Made by a program: the position numbers and the translations under genes. Shown one piece after another: positions 51,576 through 64,000 of a DNA stretch of 64,000 nucleotides. The notes under the pieces are model-generated. The model was not told the origin of the DNA. It saw only the letters and a program-made list of their open reading frames with translations, and did not search any database. This DNA comes from Lama guanicoe (lineage: Eukaryota): positions 1,967,205-2,031,204 of the forward strand of contig MU053559.1 of assembly GCA_013239625.1 (NCBI GenBank). The letters run 5' to 3'. Each line of letters opens with the position of its first letter. Position 1 is the stretch's first letter.

Positions 51576-51959
51576 TTAAATTAGGACTTTTCTTCCTGAT
51601 TTCCTTCAGTGTGTTTATGCTATTCGTCTGTAATACACTTAGGTTCATTTATGATTGTTTGTGTTCCATTTTGGGTTGCCCTCAGATCTTGGTTTATTTC
51701 AGCTATTTATTGGGTAAGATATGTGAAGCAATACTTGTCTTTAAGAATCAAAGCTATACAAGAAAGTGTAGTCAGAGATGTAGAGCTCATTCCTCATTCC
51801 TGCTAACCTGTTCTCACTCCACCTTTCTTTTCCCTCTTTTCCTAACCATTCCCTATAAGAGAGGAAAATCTTTAGTTTATGGTCTATCCTTCTTGTATTT
51901 CTTTTGCACAAAGGAGTGGATATGTGTGTATTTTCTTACAAGAAGTGTAGGAGACTATA

Positions 51960-53950
51960 GATACTCTTCTGCACTTTGATATTTTCACTCTAAATCAGTT
52001 CATAGAGATCTTAGTCATTCTTTTCTCTTATTTTTCAAACAGCTGCATAGCACTCCATTGTGTGGCTATACCATAGTTTATTCCACCATTCTATGTATGG
52101 GTATTTAGATTGTTTCCAATATTTTGCAATTACAAGCAACGCTGCAATTAATAACCTTGTGCATATGTATTTTTGTATTGTTAGAGGTGTAATTTCAGGG
52201 TAGATTTCTAGTGTTGGAATTGCTGAGTCAAAAATTCAATGCCTAAGTAGTTTTGTCAGATATCATCAAATTTCTCTCCAGAAGGATTATTCTAATTTGC
52301 ATTCCCATCAGCAGTGGATGAGAGTGTCTGCTTTCCCATTGCCTCGTGAACAAAATGTGTTGCCATACTTTTAAATGTTTGTCTGTCTGATGGGTGAGAA
52401 ATGATATCTCAGTGTTGTTTTTATTTGCATTTCTCTACTTATGAGTTTGAGGGATATAGATCTATATATTTATAGCTATATATAGGTATATATACATACA
52501 GAGAGAAAGAGAAACATACATGGAGAGAGACAGAGACAGACGCTATTCATGTCTTTTCTGCATTTTTCTTTTGGTTGTTTGGCTTTCTTATCCCTCAATT
52601 TGGAAAATGTTTTATTAAGGACATTGAAGGCATTCTGCTAAGTGAGGTAAGTTAGACAAAGACAAATACTATATATCACTTTTTTGTGACATCTAAAAAA
52701 ACTGAACTTGTAGAAACAGAGAATAGAATGGTGGTTACCAGAGGCTGGGGGGTAGGGGAATTGGAGGATGTTGGTCAAAGGGTATGAAGTTGCAATTAGA
52801 AGATGAATTAATTGTGGAGATTTAATGCACAGCATAGTGATTATAGTCAACAATACTGTGTCATGTACTTCAAATTGCTAAGAGACTAGATCTTAAATAT
52901 TTTTACCACAAAAGAAAAATGATAATTACGTGACTTGATAAAGGTGTTAGCTAGCGCTATGGTAGTAATCATATCACAATATATAAATATATCAAATCAA
53001 CACACTATACACCTTAAATATACACAATGGTATATGTCAATTATATCTCAATTTTAAAAAGGGTATTAGTCTTTGTCGTATGTATTGTGGTATATTTTTT
53101 CTCAGTTTGTCAGTTGTCTTTTGACCTTGTTTATGGACTTTCTGACATGCAAAGTAATTTAATATGATGTAGTCAAATATATTAATCTTTTCTTCTACTG
53201 ACACTTAATTTTGAGTCAGTTAGAAATCTTCTTCCTAAACGAAGGTTAAACATTCATTTTTTCCTTCTAGAATGTATATGATTGCATTTTAAATTGAGAT
53301 TCTTGATCCATTGGAGTTTATTCTCATTATGGCGTTTGCAGTGTGAAGAATGGATCTACTTTTACCTTTTTCAAAATGGCTCCTCTGTTGTCTTAGCACC
53401 ATCTATTAAAAAGTCCATCTGTACCCCAGTGATCTAAGAGGCAAGACCTTTATCATATGCTAAATTTCCATATATAACTGGGTCAGTTTATGGACAGAGA
53501 GCCTATTTTATGTCACTTATATATTTGTCTATTCATATGCCAGTACACGTTGTTTCCATTATTATCCCTTAAAGCATGTTTTATTGGTTGATAGAGCTAG
53601 TCCTCCCCTCTGACTTTTAGGGTTTTTCTTTTTTAGCGTTTATCTGGCTATTCTTGGACATTTTTTCCTTATGAACTTTAGTATCAACTTCTCCAACTCC
53701 ATAAAGTTGCATGTTATTTAAATTGGGAGTACATTGAATTTCTAAATTAACTTAAGGGGTAATGTCATTGTTATATTGTTGAACCATCATATTCAAGGAC
53801 AATGGATATCATCCCATTTGTTCAAATCTACTTTTGTATCTTTCAGGAACGTCTAAAACCTTTCCTCATATAGAATTGACAAGTTCCATGCTGAATTTAT
53901 TCCAAAGTATTTTATTTTTTGTTGATTTTGTAAATGAGGTTTTCTCTTAC
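51960..53950 (-). mobile_element. Old L1M ORF2 3' part, with a nested sense L1MA-type 3' end at 52620-53060
   Basis: Antisense ORF2 motifs; sense block gcattctgctaagtgaggtaagttagacaaagacaaatac...tcaattatatctcaattttaaaaa. Confidence 0.82.
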
Positions 53951-53964
53951 ATTATCTTAGGGTG

Positions 53965-55070
53965 GTTTTTTTTAAAAAAATAACCTTATTAAGATATAAT
54001 GACATATAATTAACTGCACTTTTTTTTACTTCTTTTTTATCGAAGTGTAGTTGATTTATAATGTTAGTTTCAGGTGCATAGCAAAGTGATTCAGTTATAC
54101 ATATATATATATTTTTTTCTTTTCAGATTCTTTTCCATTATATGTTATTACAAGAAATTGAAAATTATTTCCTGTGTTATATAGTAGGTCTTGTTGTTTA
54201 TTTTATATATAACTACACATATTTAAAGTGTACAATTTTGTAAGTTTTGACATATGTATACATCCAAGAAAACACTACTACAGTCAAGATAATGGACATA
54301 GCCATTATTTCCAAAAGTTTTCTCATGCCCCTTAGTAATCCACAGTTACACCATTCCCCGCATTTTCCCAAGGTACCTCCATCCCAGGTAACCACTTACC
54401 TACTTCCTGTCACTATACATTAATTTGCATTGTCTGAAATTTCATATAAAAGGAGTCATATAATACGTACTCTTTTTGTTTGGCTTTTTTCACTTGGCAC
54501 AATTATTTTGAGATTCATTCATGCTGTATGTATCAATAGTTCATTCCATTTTATCATTGAGTAGTAGTTCATTATATGGATATACCAAAATTTACTCATC
54601 TGCTCATCTGTTGATGGGCATTTGAATTGCTTCCACATTGAGGCTGTTACAGATAAATCTGCTATGAGCATTTAGATACTAGTCTTTACACAGACATATG
54701 TTTTCATATCTCTTGTGTAAATACTTAGAAGTAGGCTAGCTGGGTCATATGGTAACTGTATGTATAACATTTTAAGAAAATGCCAAACTGTTTTCCAAAG
54801 AGGTTGTACTATTTTACATTACCACCAGTGGTATCTAAGAGTTCCTGTAGCTCTAAATCCTTGCCAACATTTGATATGGTTGGTCTTTTTAATTTTAGCC
54901 ATCCTAATAAGTGTGTAGTGGTATCCCAGTATGGCTTTAATTTGTATTTCCATAAAGACTAATGATATTGAGCATCTTTTCATGTGCTTAATTGCCATTC
55001 ACCATCTTATTTGGTGAAGTGTCTGGGCAAATTTTTTTTGCCTGTTTTTAATTCAAATTTTCGTTTTCTT
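53965..55070 (-). mobile_element. L1MB-type 3' end with a young antisense L1 tail nested at ~54020-54205
   Basis: Antisense 3' UTR and ORF2 end; flanking repeat taact[g/a]cac around the nested tail. Confidence 0.85.
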
Positions 55071-55644
55071 ATTAGTGAGTGGATTAATATAGAACACAGC
55101 ACATCTCTCAGTCTACTGAGGGATTCTCTGCTAGGATTCTCTACTAGGATAATTCCTAGTTTGCTGAGAGTTTTATCCAGAATGGATGTTGGATTTGTCA
55201 AATGCTTTTTCTGTGTCTCTTGCAGTAATCACATTTTTTCTTCTAATCTGTTAATTTGGCAAATTATATTGATTGGTTTCTGAATATTAAACTAACCGTG
55301 GATTCCTGGCATAAACTTGATTTGGTCATGATGTATGATCCTTCTTATATAGTGTTGGATTCAGTTGGCTAAAATTTCTTCTTTTATTTGCATTGTTTCT
55401 GACCTGTAATCTGCTGTCATCCTTATCTTTTTGATTATTCCATAGTGTGTATTTTTCTTTGACTGCTTTTAAGATATTTTTATTACTGGCATATATACAT
55501 ATACACACATGTATATGTATATATGTATACATATATATGATTATGATATTTCTTTCTGTGATTTTCTTCATGTTTCTTGTGTTTGGGTTCTGTTGAATTT
55601 ATAAGATTTGTGACTTCATAATATTCAATTTGGAAAAATTTTAT

Positions 55645-56035
55645 ATATTCAAATGAAATCTAAAAAAGAAAAAGAAAAAGACAAACGAACATAAATACAA
55701 AACAGAAACAGACTCACAGACATAGAATACAAACTTGTGGTTGCCAAGGGGGCAGGGGGTGGGAAGGGACAGACTGGGAGTTTGAAACTTGTAGATACTG
55801 ACAGGCATATGTAGAATCGATCAACAAGATTATACTGCACAGCACAGGGAAATATATACAAGATCTTGTGGTAGCTCACAGAGAAAAAATGCGACAATGA
55901 ATATATGTATGTTCATGTATAACTGAAATATTGTGCTCTACACTGGAAACTGACACAACATTGTAAACTGACTATAACTCAATAAAATAAAAATTTTAAA
56001 AAGAGTTAAAAAAAGCTACAGAACAATTAAAAATA
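55645..56035 (+). mobile_element. Young camelid L1 3' end inside older antisense L1 pieces (55090-56735)
   Basis: Same subfamily tail as 30052-30332; aactcaataaaa followed by an A-rich tail. Confidence 0.9.
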
Positions 56036-56742
56036 TGAAAATACTGACTGTAAAAAAGTATTTTTTCTGTCCCTTCTCTTTTCATGTCTCTTATTATACT
56101 TATATTAGGTTGCTTGAAGTTATCTCACAGCTCAATGATACTCTTTTAGTTTCTTTGTATTCTTTTTCTCTCTGTTTCATTTTGGCTAGTTTCTATGGCT
56201 ATGGCTATAGGTTTGATAATCTTTTGCCATGTAAAATCTGGCATTAACCCCAAACGATGTATTTTTCAGCTCAAATGTAGTTTTTATCACTAGGATTTCT
56301 ATTTCAGTCTTTTTAAATGTCTTCTGTTTCTACTTAACATGTTTGGTCTTTCTTCTAGTTTTTTAAACATATGAAATACAGTGACAATAATTGCTTTATG
56401 CCCTTGTCTATGAACTGTATCATCTGTATTTTTCTTGGTCAGTTTCAGTTGACTGATTTTATCATCATTATAGCTTTTATTCTCCTATCTCATTGCTTAC
56501 CTGGTGATTTTGAATGGATGACAACCATTGTGAATTTTACCTTGTTGAATGCTGGATATTTTTGTTTTCCTCTAAGTATTCTTGAGCTTTGTTCTGGAAT
56601 GTGTTTAAATTACCCTGAAACAGTTTAATCCTTTGGAGTCTTGCTTTTAAACTTTGTTAGGCAGGACCAAAGTACCATTTAGTCTAAAGGTAATTTTGCC
56701 CCACTACTGAGGCAAAACCTTTCTGAGTATCCAATCCTTATC

Positions 56743-57119
56743 TGTATATTTTTCTATTGCTGCTATAACACATTTCCACAAACTTAGTGGCCTAAAAACA
56801 CTTCTAGCCTCCCAAACTATGGAAGAATAAATTTCTGTTGTTTTAAGCCAAAAAAAAAAAAACAACCCACATACCTTCACATGGTGTTTTTCCTATGTCT
56901 CTCTTTACAGAATCTTCCCTCTATGCATGTCTGTCTTTGTGTCCAAGTTTCCCCTTTTTATACAGGCACCAGTCCTATTGGATTAGGGCCCACCCTGATG
57001 ACTACACTTTAACTTGATTATCTCTGGAAAGACCCTACTTCCAGATAAGATCACTTTCTGAGGTACTGGGAGCTAGGGCATCAGTATCTTTTTCGGTGAA
57101 TGCAATTCAACCCATAACA
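56743..57119 (-). mobile_element. MaLR MLT1 (B/C-like) LTR with internal insertion and deletion
   Basis: tgtatatttttctattgctgctataacacatttccacaaacttagtggc...ggattagggcccaccctgatgac...caattcaacccataaca. Confidence 0.85.
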
Positions 57120-57525
57120 CCCCCTTTAAGGAAGATCTTGTTGCCCCAGCTGCTGGGAGTGCTGCCTGCAAACAGCCTTCAGCTGTCAGCCCCTATAGGA
57201 GCTGCCTCGACAGACGACCACCTCATCCAAGGCCATGCCCCCTGACCAGGGTGGCCCACACCGATAACTGATAGACACGGGGATGTAAAGGACTAGCTAT
57301 CTTGTCTCCACTTGGAGCAACTCTAAAGGGCCCTTCTCATTTCAGAATGCCCCTAGGGTTGCCTAAGGCTTTTGTTGGGTGGCTACTGGCACAAAAGCCT
57401 GGCTTTCTCCTTCTGCCCGAGCCGGCTTGAGCCCTCTACCTCCTACTGGTATCCATCCCTTCATCAGCACCCTGCTCGCTGAACCCTGCCTCTGGGTTTA
57501 TTTCCAGGAGAACCCAACCAGCAAC
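57120..57525 (+). mobile_element. ERVL LTR16-like LTR
   Basis: gccccagctgctgggagtgctgcc...cagctgtcagccc...tttccaggagaacccaaccagcaaca. Confidence 0.72.
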
Positions 57526-58059
57526 AGGCAGAAAGAGGAAATAGATGTCTCTAGGATGAAAAAATCCCTACGGAACTACATCTTCAACCACCTTTATTAC
57601 AAAGAGTTTTATTGGCTGAGAAGTTTTCTTGGCACGCAATCCTGAATTGCCTTTTCCTCTTAGAGGAGACTTCCACTCAATTCTTTCAAAACCAACTTAA
57701 TTTTTTTTCATTGTTTAAAAAAAAATCACATGCTCTTTGTAGAAGATTGGGGAAATAAACCTTTCAAGAAGAAATTAAAAATCACCTGGTAATAGCTACT
57801 ATTTTGGCATATGCATATCACATAGCATGGGTTACAAACTTGAAGGCCGGTTATTGGGCCAGGTGAGTAACATACACAGATACTGATTAGGCGAATATCA
57901 TACGGATCTGGGGAGCGCATGCCCCATCTAAAAGCTCAACTACTTTTAAGTCTAGCCTGCTGGTTTTGCCATAAACTGGTTCTAGTTTACAGTCCCTCTG
58001 TCTAAAGGCTATTTGCTAGTGTATCCTGCCTACATCTTTATCATCTCTTTTCACTCTTC

Positions 58060-58635
58060 CCCTTGTTTACTCAACTGTAGCCATACTAGCCTCCATACTG
58101 TCCCTCCAGCATGCCACACATGTTCATTCCTCAGGGCCTTTGCACTTGCTCTTCCCTCTGCTTGGAAATATCCATACTACTGACTTCCTCAAATTCGTCC
58201 TGATCTTTGCTTAAAATTTGCCTCCATGGAGTGATCTTTCTTTACAAGGCATCTAAAATGACACCACTCAATCTCCTTTTGACCCTGATTTATTTTTTCT
58301 TCATATCAATAACTCATATTACCTGTTTGTTTATTTTCCTTTTGTAGGACTTCCTAACATTTTTCCCCCCATCGTTGCACACTGAGAAAATGATTCTATT
58401 TGAGCAGCATCCTAGGGAAAAGGGGGGAGGCCAATTGTGATTGGTGTCAGTAAAGCTGGAGTTGGGGAGAGACTCCAGGCCTCATGGACACCTCAGTGGA
58501 TGAGACACACCTGTCATGAATCTGACACCTGTTAACATCTGTCCCTCCACCAGCATGTAAGCCCCCATGATAGTCTTTCAAGCAGAGCCTGATACATAGT
58601 ATGTGCTAAGTAAGTAAGTTATATCATGAATGTTT
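58060..58635 (+). mobile_element. L2 3' fragments
   Basis: cctcagggcctttgcacttgctcttccctctgcttggaa and cagagcctgatacatagtatgtgct. Confidence 0.72.
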
Positions 58636-60262
58636 CTCCGTATCATTCAGCACTCATGAACATTTTAAAGACTCTGATCTTTCATCATTCTAAGGTATGT
58701 TTTGTTTAATTGCTCCTTTATTATTGTACTTGTAGTGTTTTTTGTACTTGATTTAAAGTCTGCCTTCTGGCCTCCTTTGTAGTGAATTGCTGAGGGCTTG
58801 GAAGGAATCATGTTGCCACACACGGTATCTGAGTAGTGCCATCTTCCCGGGCAAGACATCAGACTTGGGAAGGCACACACCATTTTAACTTGGATGCACA
58901 GACACACATCATGTCCCAACGAATCCTGGTATGCACGCTCCTGGAACAATCTGAAACATCTCTGGGCATGTTCAGTGTATCACTCAAAAGGAATGAGACT
59001 TGGTACATGTCAGATTCTCTGTGAGTCTCACGTTCAACATGAACCACAGAAGAATTCCACCGGTAAGTTTTTTCCTTGATAATCACTTCTAAAACAGAAA
59101 CTTGGAGTAGAGTCAGGAAGGGATGTGAAGGAAGGCGAATGTATGAGAAGCAGACAAGAGATGCTGCTGGTGAAACTGGACTCCCCTCCCTCCCGGTGAT
59201 AGGGAAAACCACGGAGATGAGTGTACTTAGTGAATGCCACAGGCATTTTTCTCATTCCTGACAGGCAGGGTGGAAGGTTAGGCTCTTCTAAATTGTACCT
59301 GTCTTCCAGGTCAATTAATCAAAGTGTACGTACAGGACAAACACCAAACATATTTTGTGAAATTCAGTCCATCCCTGACTGCACAAATGTCCCATCCATC
59401 AGAATGTCAGTGACCTGTGTGGATTTATGTGTTTGTGCACATTTTCTTAAAAGAATTGTTCTTACTCGAAAATTACTGAAAGCATCAGAAAGTTTTTTTT
59501 TTCTGATATGAAAGAAGAGATACCATCAAGGGTATGAGTGAAGAACTTCTGGACTCAAATCCTAGTTCTGCCGCTTACAAATGTGTGGTCTTGGACGAGT
59601 TACTTAACCTTTTAGTATCTCATTTTTCTAAGAGCAACACATATTTCACACAATATTAGGAAATTAGATAGAGACTCTTAGGGCTTTACTGGTAATGCAA
59701 CTTTTAACAAGATGAAGAAATAGAATTTTTTCTCTCTCTCCCCCTGTTTTTTAAAGTTCTCACTCTCTAGTTAAAGGCACACTCCTCAAAGTGTGTTCCA
59801 CAGAACGTTCCAAGACATGCTCAGTAAAAGAGGGACTACTATACTGTAACGTCCCATTTAGAGCTTCTTTATGCCTGTTGGCGTGCTGAAGGCTCAGGAC
59901 TTGGACAGTAGAGAAAACTGGTTGATTGTATTTGATTTGGTATTTCTCAGTCTTATTTGACTAGAGGATTTTTCTTTTTTTTCCTGGTGATACCTCTTAA
60001 CCAGCTTGCTGAATGACTCTGTGATGAAACACATGAGTGTGGATCCTCTAAGGCACCCTCAGAACAAAGGGTCACTGAAGTTAGGGGAAATCAGGAGTGT
60101 CCACAGCGACGACACAATAGCTCATCTAGAAAACTGGTGCTCCTAACTTATTTATAGGCACACACATCTTGTAATGAAGTGGTATATAGTCTTTAAGTTT
60201 GTAATAATCTCAAATAATTATTCACTTTTATGTATCAAATTCTTTTCTGCTTGCTATCTTTT

Positions 60263-60392
60263 TTGGGGGGAAGGTAATTAGGTTATTTATTTATGTATTT
60301 ATGTATTTTCATAAAAGTACTGGGGATTGAACCCAGGACTTCGTGCATGCTAGGCATGCGCTTTATTTATAACTGAGCTATGCCCTCCCCCC
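60263..60392 (-). mobile_element. Vic-1-like SINE
   Basis: Perfect 17-bp TSD TCTGCTTGCTATCTTTT at 60246-60262 and 60393-60409. Confidence 0.93.
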
Positions 60393-61399
60393 TCTGCTTG
60401 CTATCTTTTAATTTTTATCAGCCTCTGTTATTTTACTGGCTTGTCACTTACCTTTTATGTTTTCTTTTCAAGCATCCACTCTTTATGTACTCAGTGTGGG
60501 TGTATAAGGGTGGAGCCTCTGTTCTTCACGAAACCTCTAGGTCGGTGCAGCTTCCAATAATGGTGACTCATGAATGACAAGACCAGAAACATTTTAAGCA
60601 TTGATTATAATGAGAAAGCAACAAGTTATTGCTTGATGAAGTTGGATTTATTAATAGATGAGATAATCCAGTTATTACAAAAAGTCTGACTTGTAGTTTC
60701 TTTGAAACTTCTTATAATCCTCTCTTATTTATTTAGAAAAATTTTCTGAATCCAATCCCATCACCATAACACCTAGAGAAATTTCTTTATCAGCCCTTCA
60801 TAGGTTGCCAAGGAAAATAAAGTGAATTAAAACAAATTTTAAAAAGAAAAATAGAATAACAAGACAAGAGTTTAAGTAAGACAGAAAAAAAAGAGATAAT
60901 TTCCTCTCACTTACCCACCCCCACCAAAAAATTAAAAACCCAGAAAATAAAACTTACAAACCCTGATCCTCTTCTCATACAAATAAGAGAAAGGCAGGAA
61001 AAAATAATAACAAAGACTTTTCAGCACAAAATAAGAAAGGTCAATTTGAGAAGTGCTAACCAATATTCTGTAACATAAAGGTAATTGTAAAATTATATAA
61101 GTATGTCTGAAAAGAGAAAATTATTAAGAAAAAAGAAATGTTTTTGACCCTCCCCCCACTAGCAGATGGGGAAGAGAATCTGTTCATTGCTGACGACCAA
61201 AGACAAAGACTCCTGAATATTTCATTTTTTTACCCCTAAAATAAGACAGTCATGTGCAGAAACTCAAATGGGCAACCTCTCCCCACAAAAAAAGTGAAAA
61301 TAAATAAAAATATCACAGCCATGTCACATGAGGACCCATACAATTCTAATCTGGAGTGAGACTTTTCTTATAAACATTATTAATTCATTTCTGTTCCTA

Positions 61400-62890
61400 G
61401 TACTGGCAAGCTAGGTTATTTGGACCAACATTTTCTCAGAAAAACAACTACAAATTATGGGGAAAATGATTTTTTTTTTAAAAAAGCATTGGAGAGCTGA
61501 CAAGATAGTGAGGAATTTCCAGTGCAAACTTGAGAGAAAGCAGGAACCTAGAGAGGTAAAGAGAGCCCAGAGGCCACTGAAGGCCTTTGTCAACCTGGAA
61601 AAATTAGAACTTTGGTTTTAACAGCCAGGCTGACATGATCTGCCCAAGGTGAGGAGTTAAGAATAGACTCTCCCCATTATAGTTAGAAATCCTAAAGGGC
61701 TATACTTTTAGGGTCAGTATGAAACAGAAGTAAATTGGCCTTTGAATGTATTTTTAGCTGAAATTGACATCTTATGGACTGCTGAAGTTGACAGCTTATG
61801 GACTACCCAACACAAAAACAAAACCCTCTAGACTTGAATTTAGTTTGAAGTGATTCTAAACAGATAGTGTCCCTGGATATTTGGTCTACACTAATGTGTA
61901 TTATCTTTTGTGTATTGTTGTACCTTTCATAACAGAGCTCAGATTATTCCTATAAATACATTTTCAAAGATACTTAGTGACAAACAGTGCCATTCATACA
62001 AGAAAAAAGCAATGTGCATGAAAACATGGAGAGAGAACAAACAACAGAAAGAGATCCACAGAGACTGCAGATAGGGAATTATTAGTTAAGGCACCTTAAC
62101 TATGCTTTCAATATTTAAATAAGTAAAAGATGGATTGAAAATACCCTTGCCAACAAGAAACCTTATAAAATGAAATCAGATCTGGAAAAGAACCAGTTAG
62201 AACTTCTAGAAATGTATATATGTATATAGATAAATAGATCGATATAGATATTTTCATGGATGGATGTAGATCTATAGATATATATGTATGTGTGTGTATA
62301 TATATGGATATATATGGATATATTATGGATTAATGCATAAAATTAAAGGACTATTCATGGGTAAAAAGATAATTGATAAATTTGAAGATAAATCAGAAGA
62401 AATAATCCAGAATGAACTGCTGAGAAAATAAAGGATGAAAAGTACAAAAGAGAGATTAAGAGACATGAGAAATAGAGTGAAAGGGTCTAACAATAATTTA
62501 ATTAGAATCCCAAAAGGACAGTAGAGAGAGAATAAAACTATAATGGCTATTAATTTCTAGAACTGATAAAATACATAAACTTGCCATTCTAGAAGTCCCC
62601 CAATTTCCAATGAGAAAAGTAAAAGAATTCCCACCTACACCCATCAGAGTGAAACTGAAAGACAGCAAAGAAGAAAGGAAAAGAAACAAACAAAAATAGA
62701 CCCAGGAAAAAAGACAGATGACATTCAGAGGTGTGGCATTTAGAAGATTAGTTAGTTGATCTCTTAACAACAGCAATGGAAGGCAGGAGGAAGTGAATGA
62801 TATGGTCAATGAATTGAAAGAAAGTAACTAGTGATCAGAATTATAGACAAGGAGAAAATATCTTTGAAGAATGATAACAAAATGGATACA
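61400..62890 (+). mobile_element. Very old L1M 5' region and ORF1
   Basis: A-rich ORF1-like DNA (gaagataaatcagaagaaataatccagaatg...gtgaaactgaaagacagcaaagaagaaag). Confidence 0.65.
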
Positions 62891-62894
62891 TTCT

Positions 62895-64000
62895 TTTTAA
62901 AATAAGACTATTTATTTAAAGCAATGTAAGTTTCACAGAAAAACTGAGGGGAAGGTAGAGATGTCCTGTATGCCCCTTGCCCCCACCACATGCATAGTCT
63001 CCCACATTATTAACATTCCAACCAAAGTGATACAGTTATCACAATTGATGAACTGGCAATGACACATCATCCTCCAGAGTCCTTAGTTTCCGTTAAGGTT
63101 CACTCTTGGTGTTGTACATTCGATTGGTTTGGACAAGTATATAATGTCATATATATATCATTATAATATCATACAGAGTTTCTTCACTGCCCTAAAAATT
63201 CTCCATGTTCTGTCTATTCATCCCTCCCCCTCCACAATCCCTGGCAACCTGGTCTTTTTTATTGTCTCCATAGTTTTGCCTTTTCCAGAATGTCTTATAG
63301 TTGGAATCATGCAGTGCCTCTTCCAATTGACTTCTTTCATTTAGTAAGATGCATTTAAGTTTCCTTCATGTCTAATAACTCATTTCTTGATAATGCATTT
63401 CTTTTGAACACTGAATAACATACCATTGTCTGGATGTACCCACGGTTTATTTATCTATTCACCTACTGAAGGACATCTTGGTTGCTTCCAAGTTTTGGCA
63501 ATTATAAATGAAGCTGCTGTAACAACATGTGTGTGTAGGTTTTTGTGTGGACATAAGTTTTCAACTCCTTTGAGTAAATACCAAGGAACATGATTGCTGG
63601 ATCATATGGCAAGAGTAGGTTTAGTTTTGTAAGAAACTGCCAAACTGTCTTCCAAAGTGGTCATACCATCTTGCATTCCCACCAGCCATGAATGTGAGTT
63701 CCTGTTGCTCCACATCTTCACCAGCATTTGGTGTTGTTAGTGTTCTGGACGCTGACCATTGTAAGAGGCATGTAGTGGTATCTCGTTTTTATTTGTATTT
63801 CCCTGATAGCATATGATGTGGAGCATCTTTTCATATGCTTATTTGCCATCTGTCTATCTTCTTTGGTGAGGTGTCTATTAAGATCTTTGGCCCATTTTGA
63901 ATCAGGTTGTTTGTCTTCTTATTGTTCAGTGCTCAGAGTTATTTGTATATTTTGGATGTGTCCTTTACCAGACATGTCTTTTTCAAATATTTTCTCCTGG
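62895..64000 (-). mobile_element. L1MC1/2-like 3' end running off the window
   Basis: aaggttcactcttggtgttgtacattc 3' UTR motif, then antisense ORF2 C-terminus. Confidence 0.88.

Noticed and set aside
3058..56035. Recurrent ~300-bp repeat as a novel dispersed element or CRISPR-like array
   Set aside because: It is contiguous with the ORF2 C-terminus in longer copies, so it is the 5'-truncated L1 3' UTR; no repeat-spacer periodicity exists
42081..59062. Kringle- or sushi-like peptide hints (GFYRGT at ~42100, QWKFC at ~44605, VNC...HG...NETW at 58783-59010)
   Set aside because: Too short, interrupted by stops and lacking the full cysteine pattern; cannot support a named pseudogene
25673..60392. 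tRNA-Ala(AGC)-like sequences at 25.7, 35.3, 43.9, 47.8 and 60.4 kb as tRNA genes
   Set aside because: Each has an A-rich tail, flanking target-site repeats and stem-breaking substitutions, so they are SINE copies
1..64000. ORFs of 60-161 aa in the supplied track as protein-coding genes
   Set aside because: Nearly all lie in L1, LTR, SINE or microsatellite DNA or are their antisense shadows; none gives a recognisable cellular protein

Overview
Mammalian, repeat-dense intergenic or intronic DNA, almost certainly camelid (alpaca/llama/camel). The assignment rests on five tRNA-Ala-derived Vic-1-like SINEs and about 13 young L1 fragments, most sharing a closely related 3' UTR. I recognise no intact protein-coding gene: the ORF track is explained by decayed L1 ORF1/ORF2, ERV gag and chance ORFs. 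Much of the window is old L1M, MaLR/ERVL/ERV1 LTRs, hAT MITEs, MIR and L2; family names are from recalled consensus motifs, not a database search. Points of interest: (1) a CpG-retaining domain at ~41.7-47.2 kb with a well-spaced CCAAT-MYB-TATA-Inr core promoter and repeated MYB/RFX-like ACGGTAAC words, followed by plus-strand splice signals, a candidate germline lncRNA or piRNA-precursor promoter; (2) a decayed class I ERV with a tRNA-His-like PBS; (3) several non-canonical retrotransposition products, namely an L1/foreign-3'-end chimera inside one TSD, an L1 ORF1-end-only insertion, a poly(A)-tailed MaLR retrocopy inside an antisense MaLR LTR, a twin-primed L1 and an L1 with an internal foreign replacement; (4) a 15:3 minus-strand bias among young insertions. 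No new biological system can be established from sequence alone.
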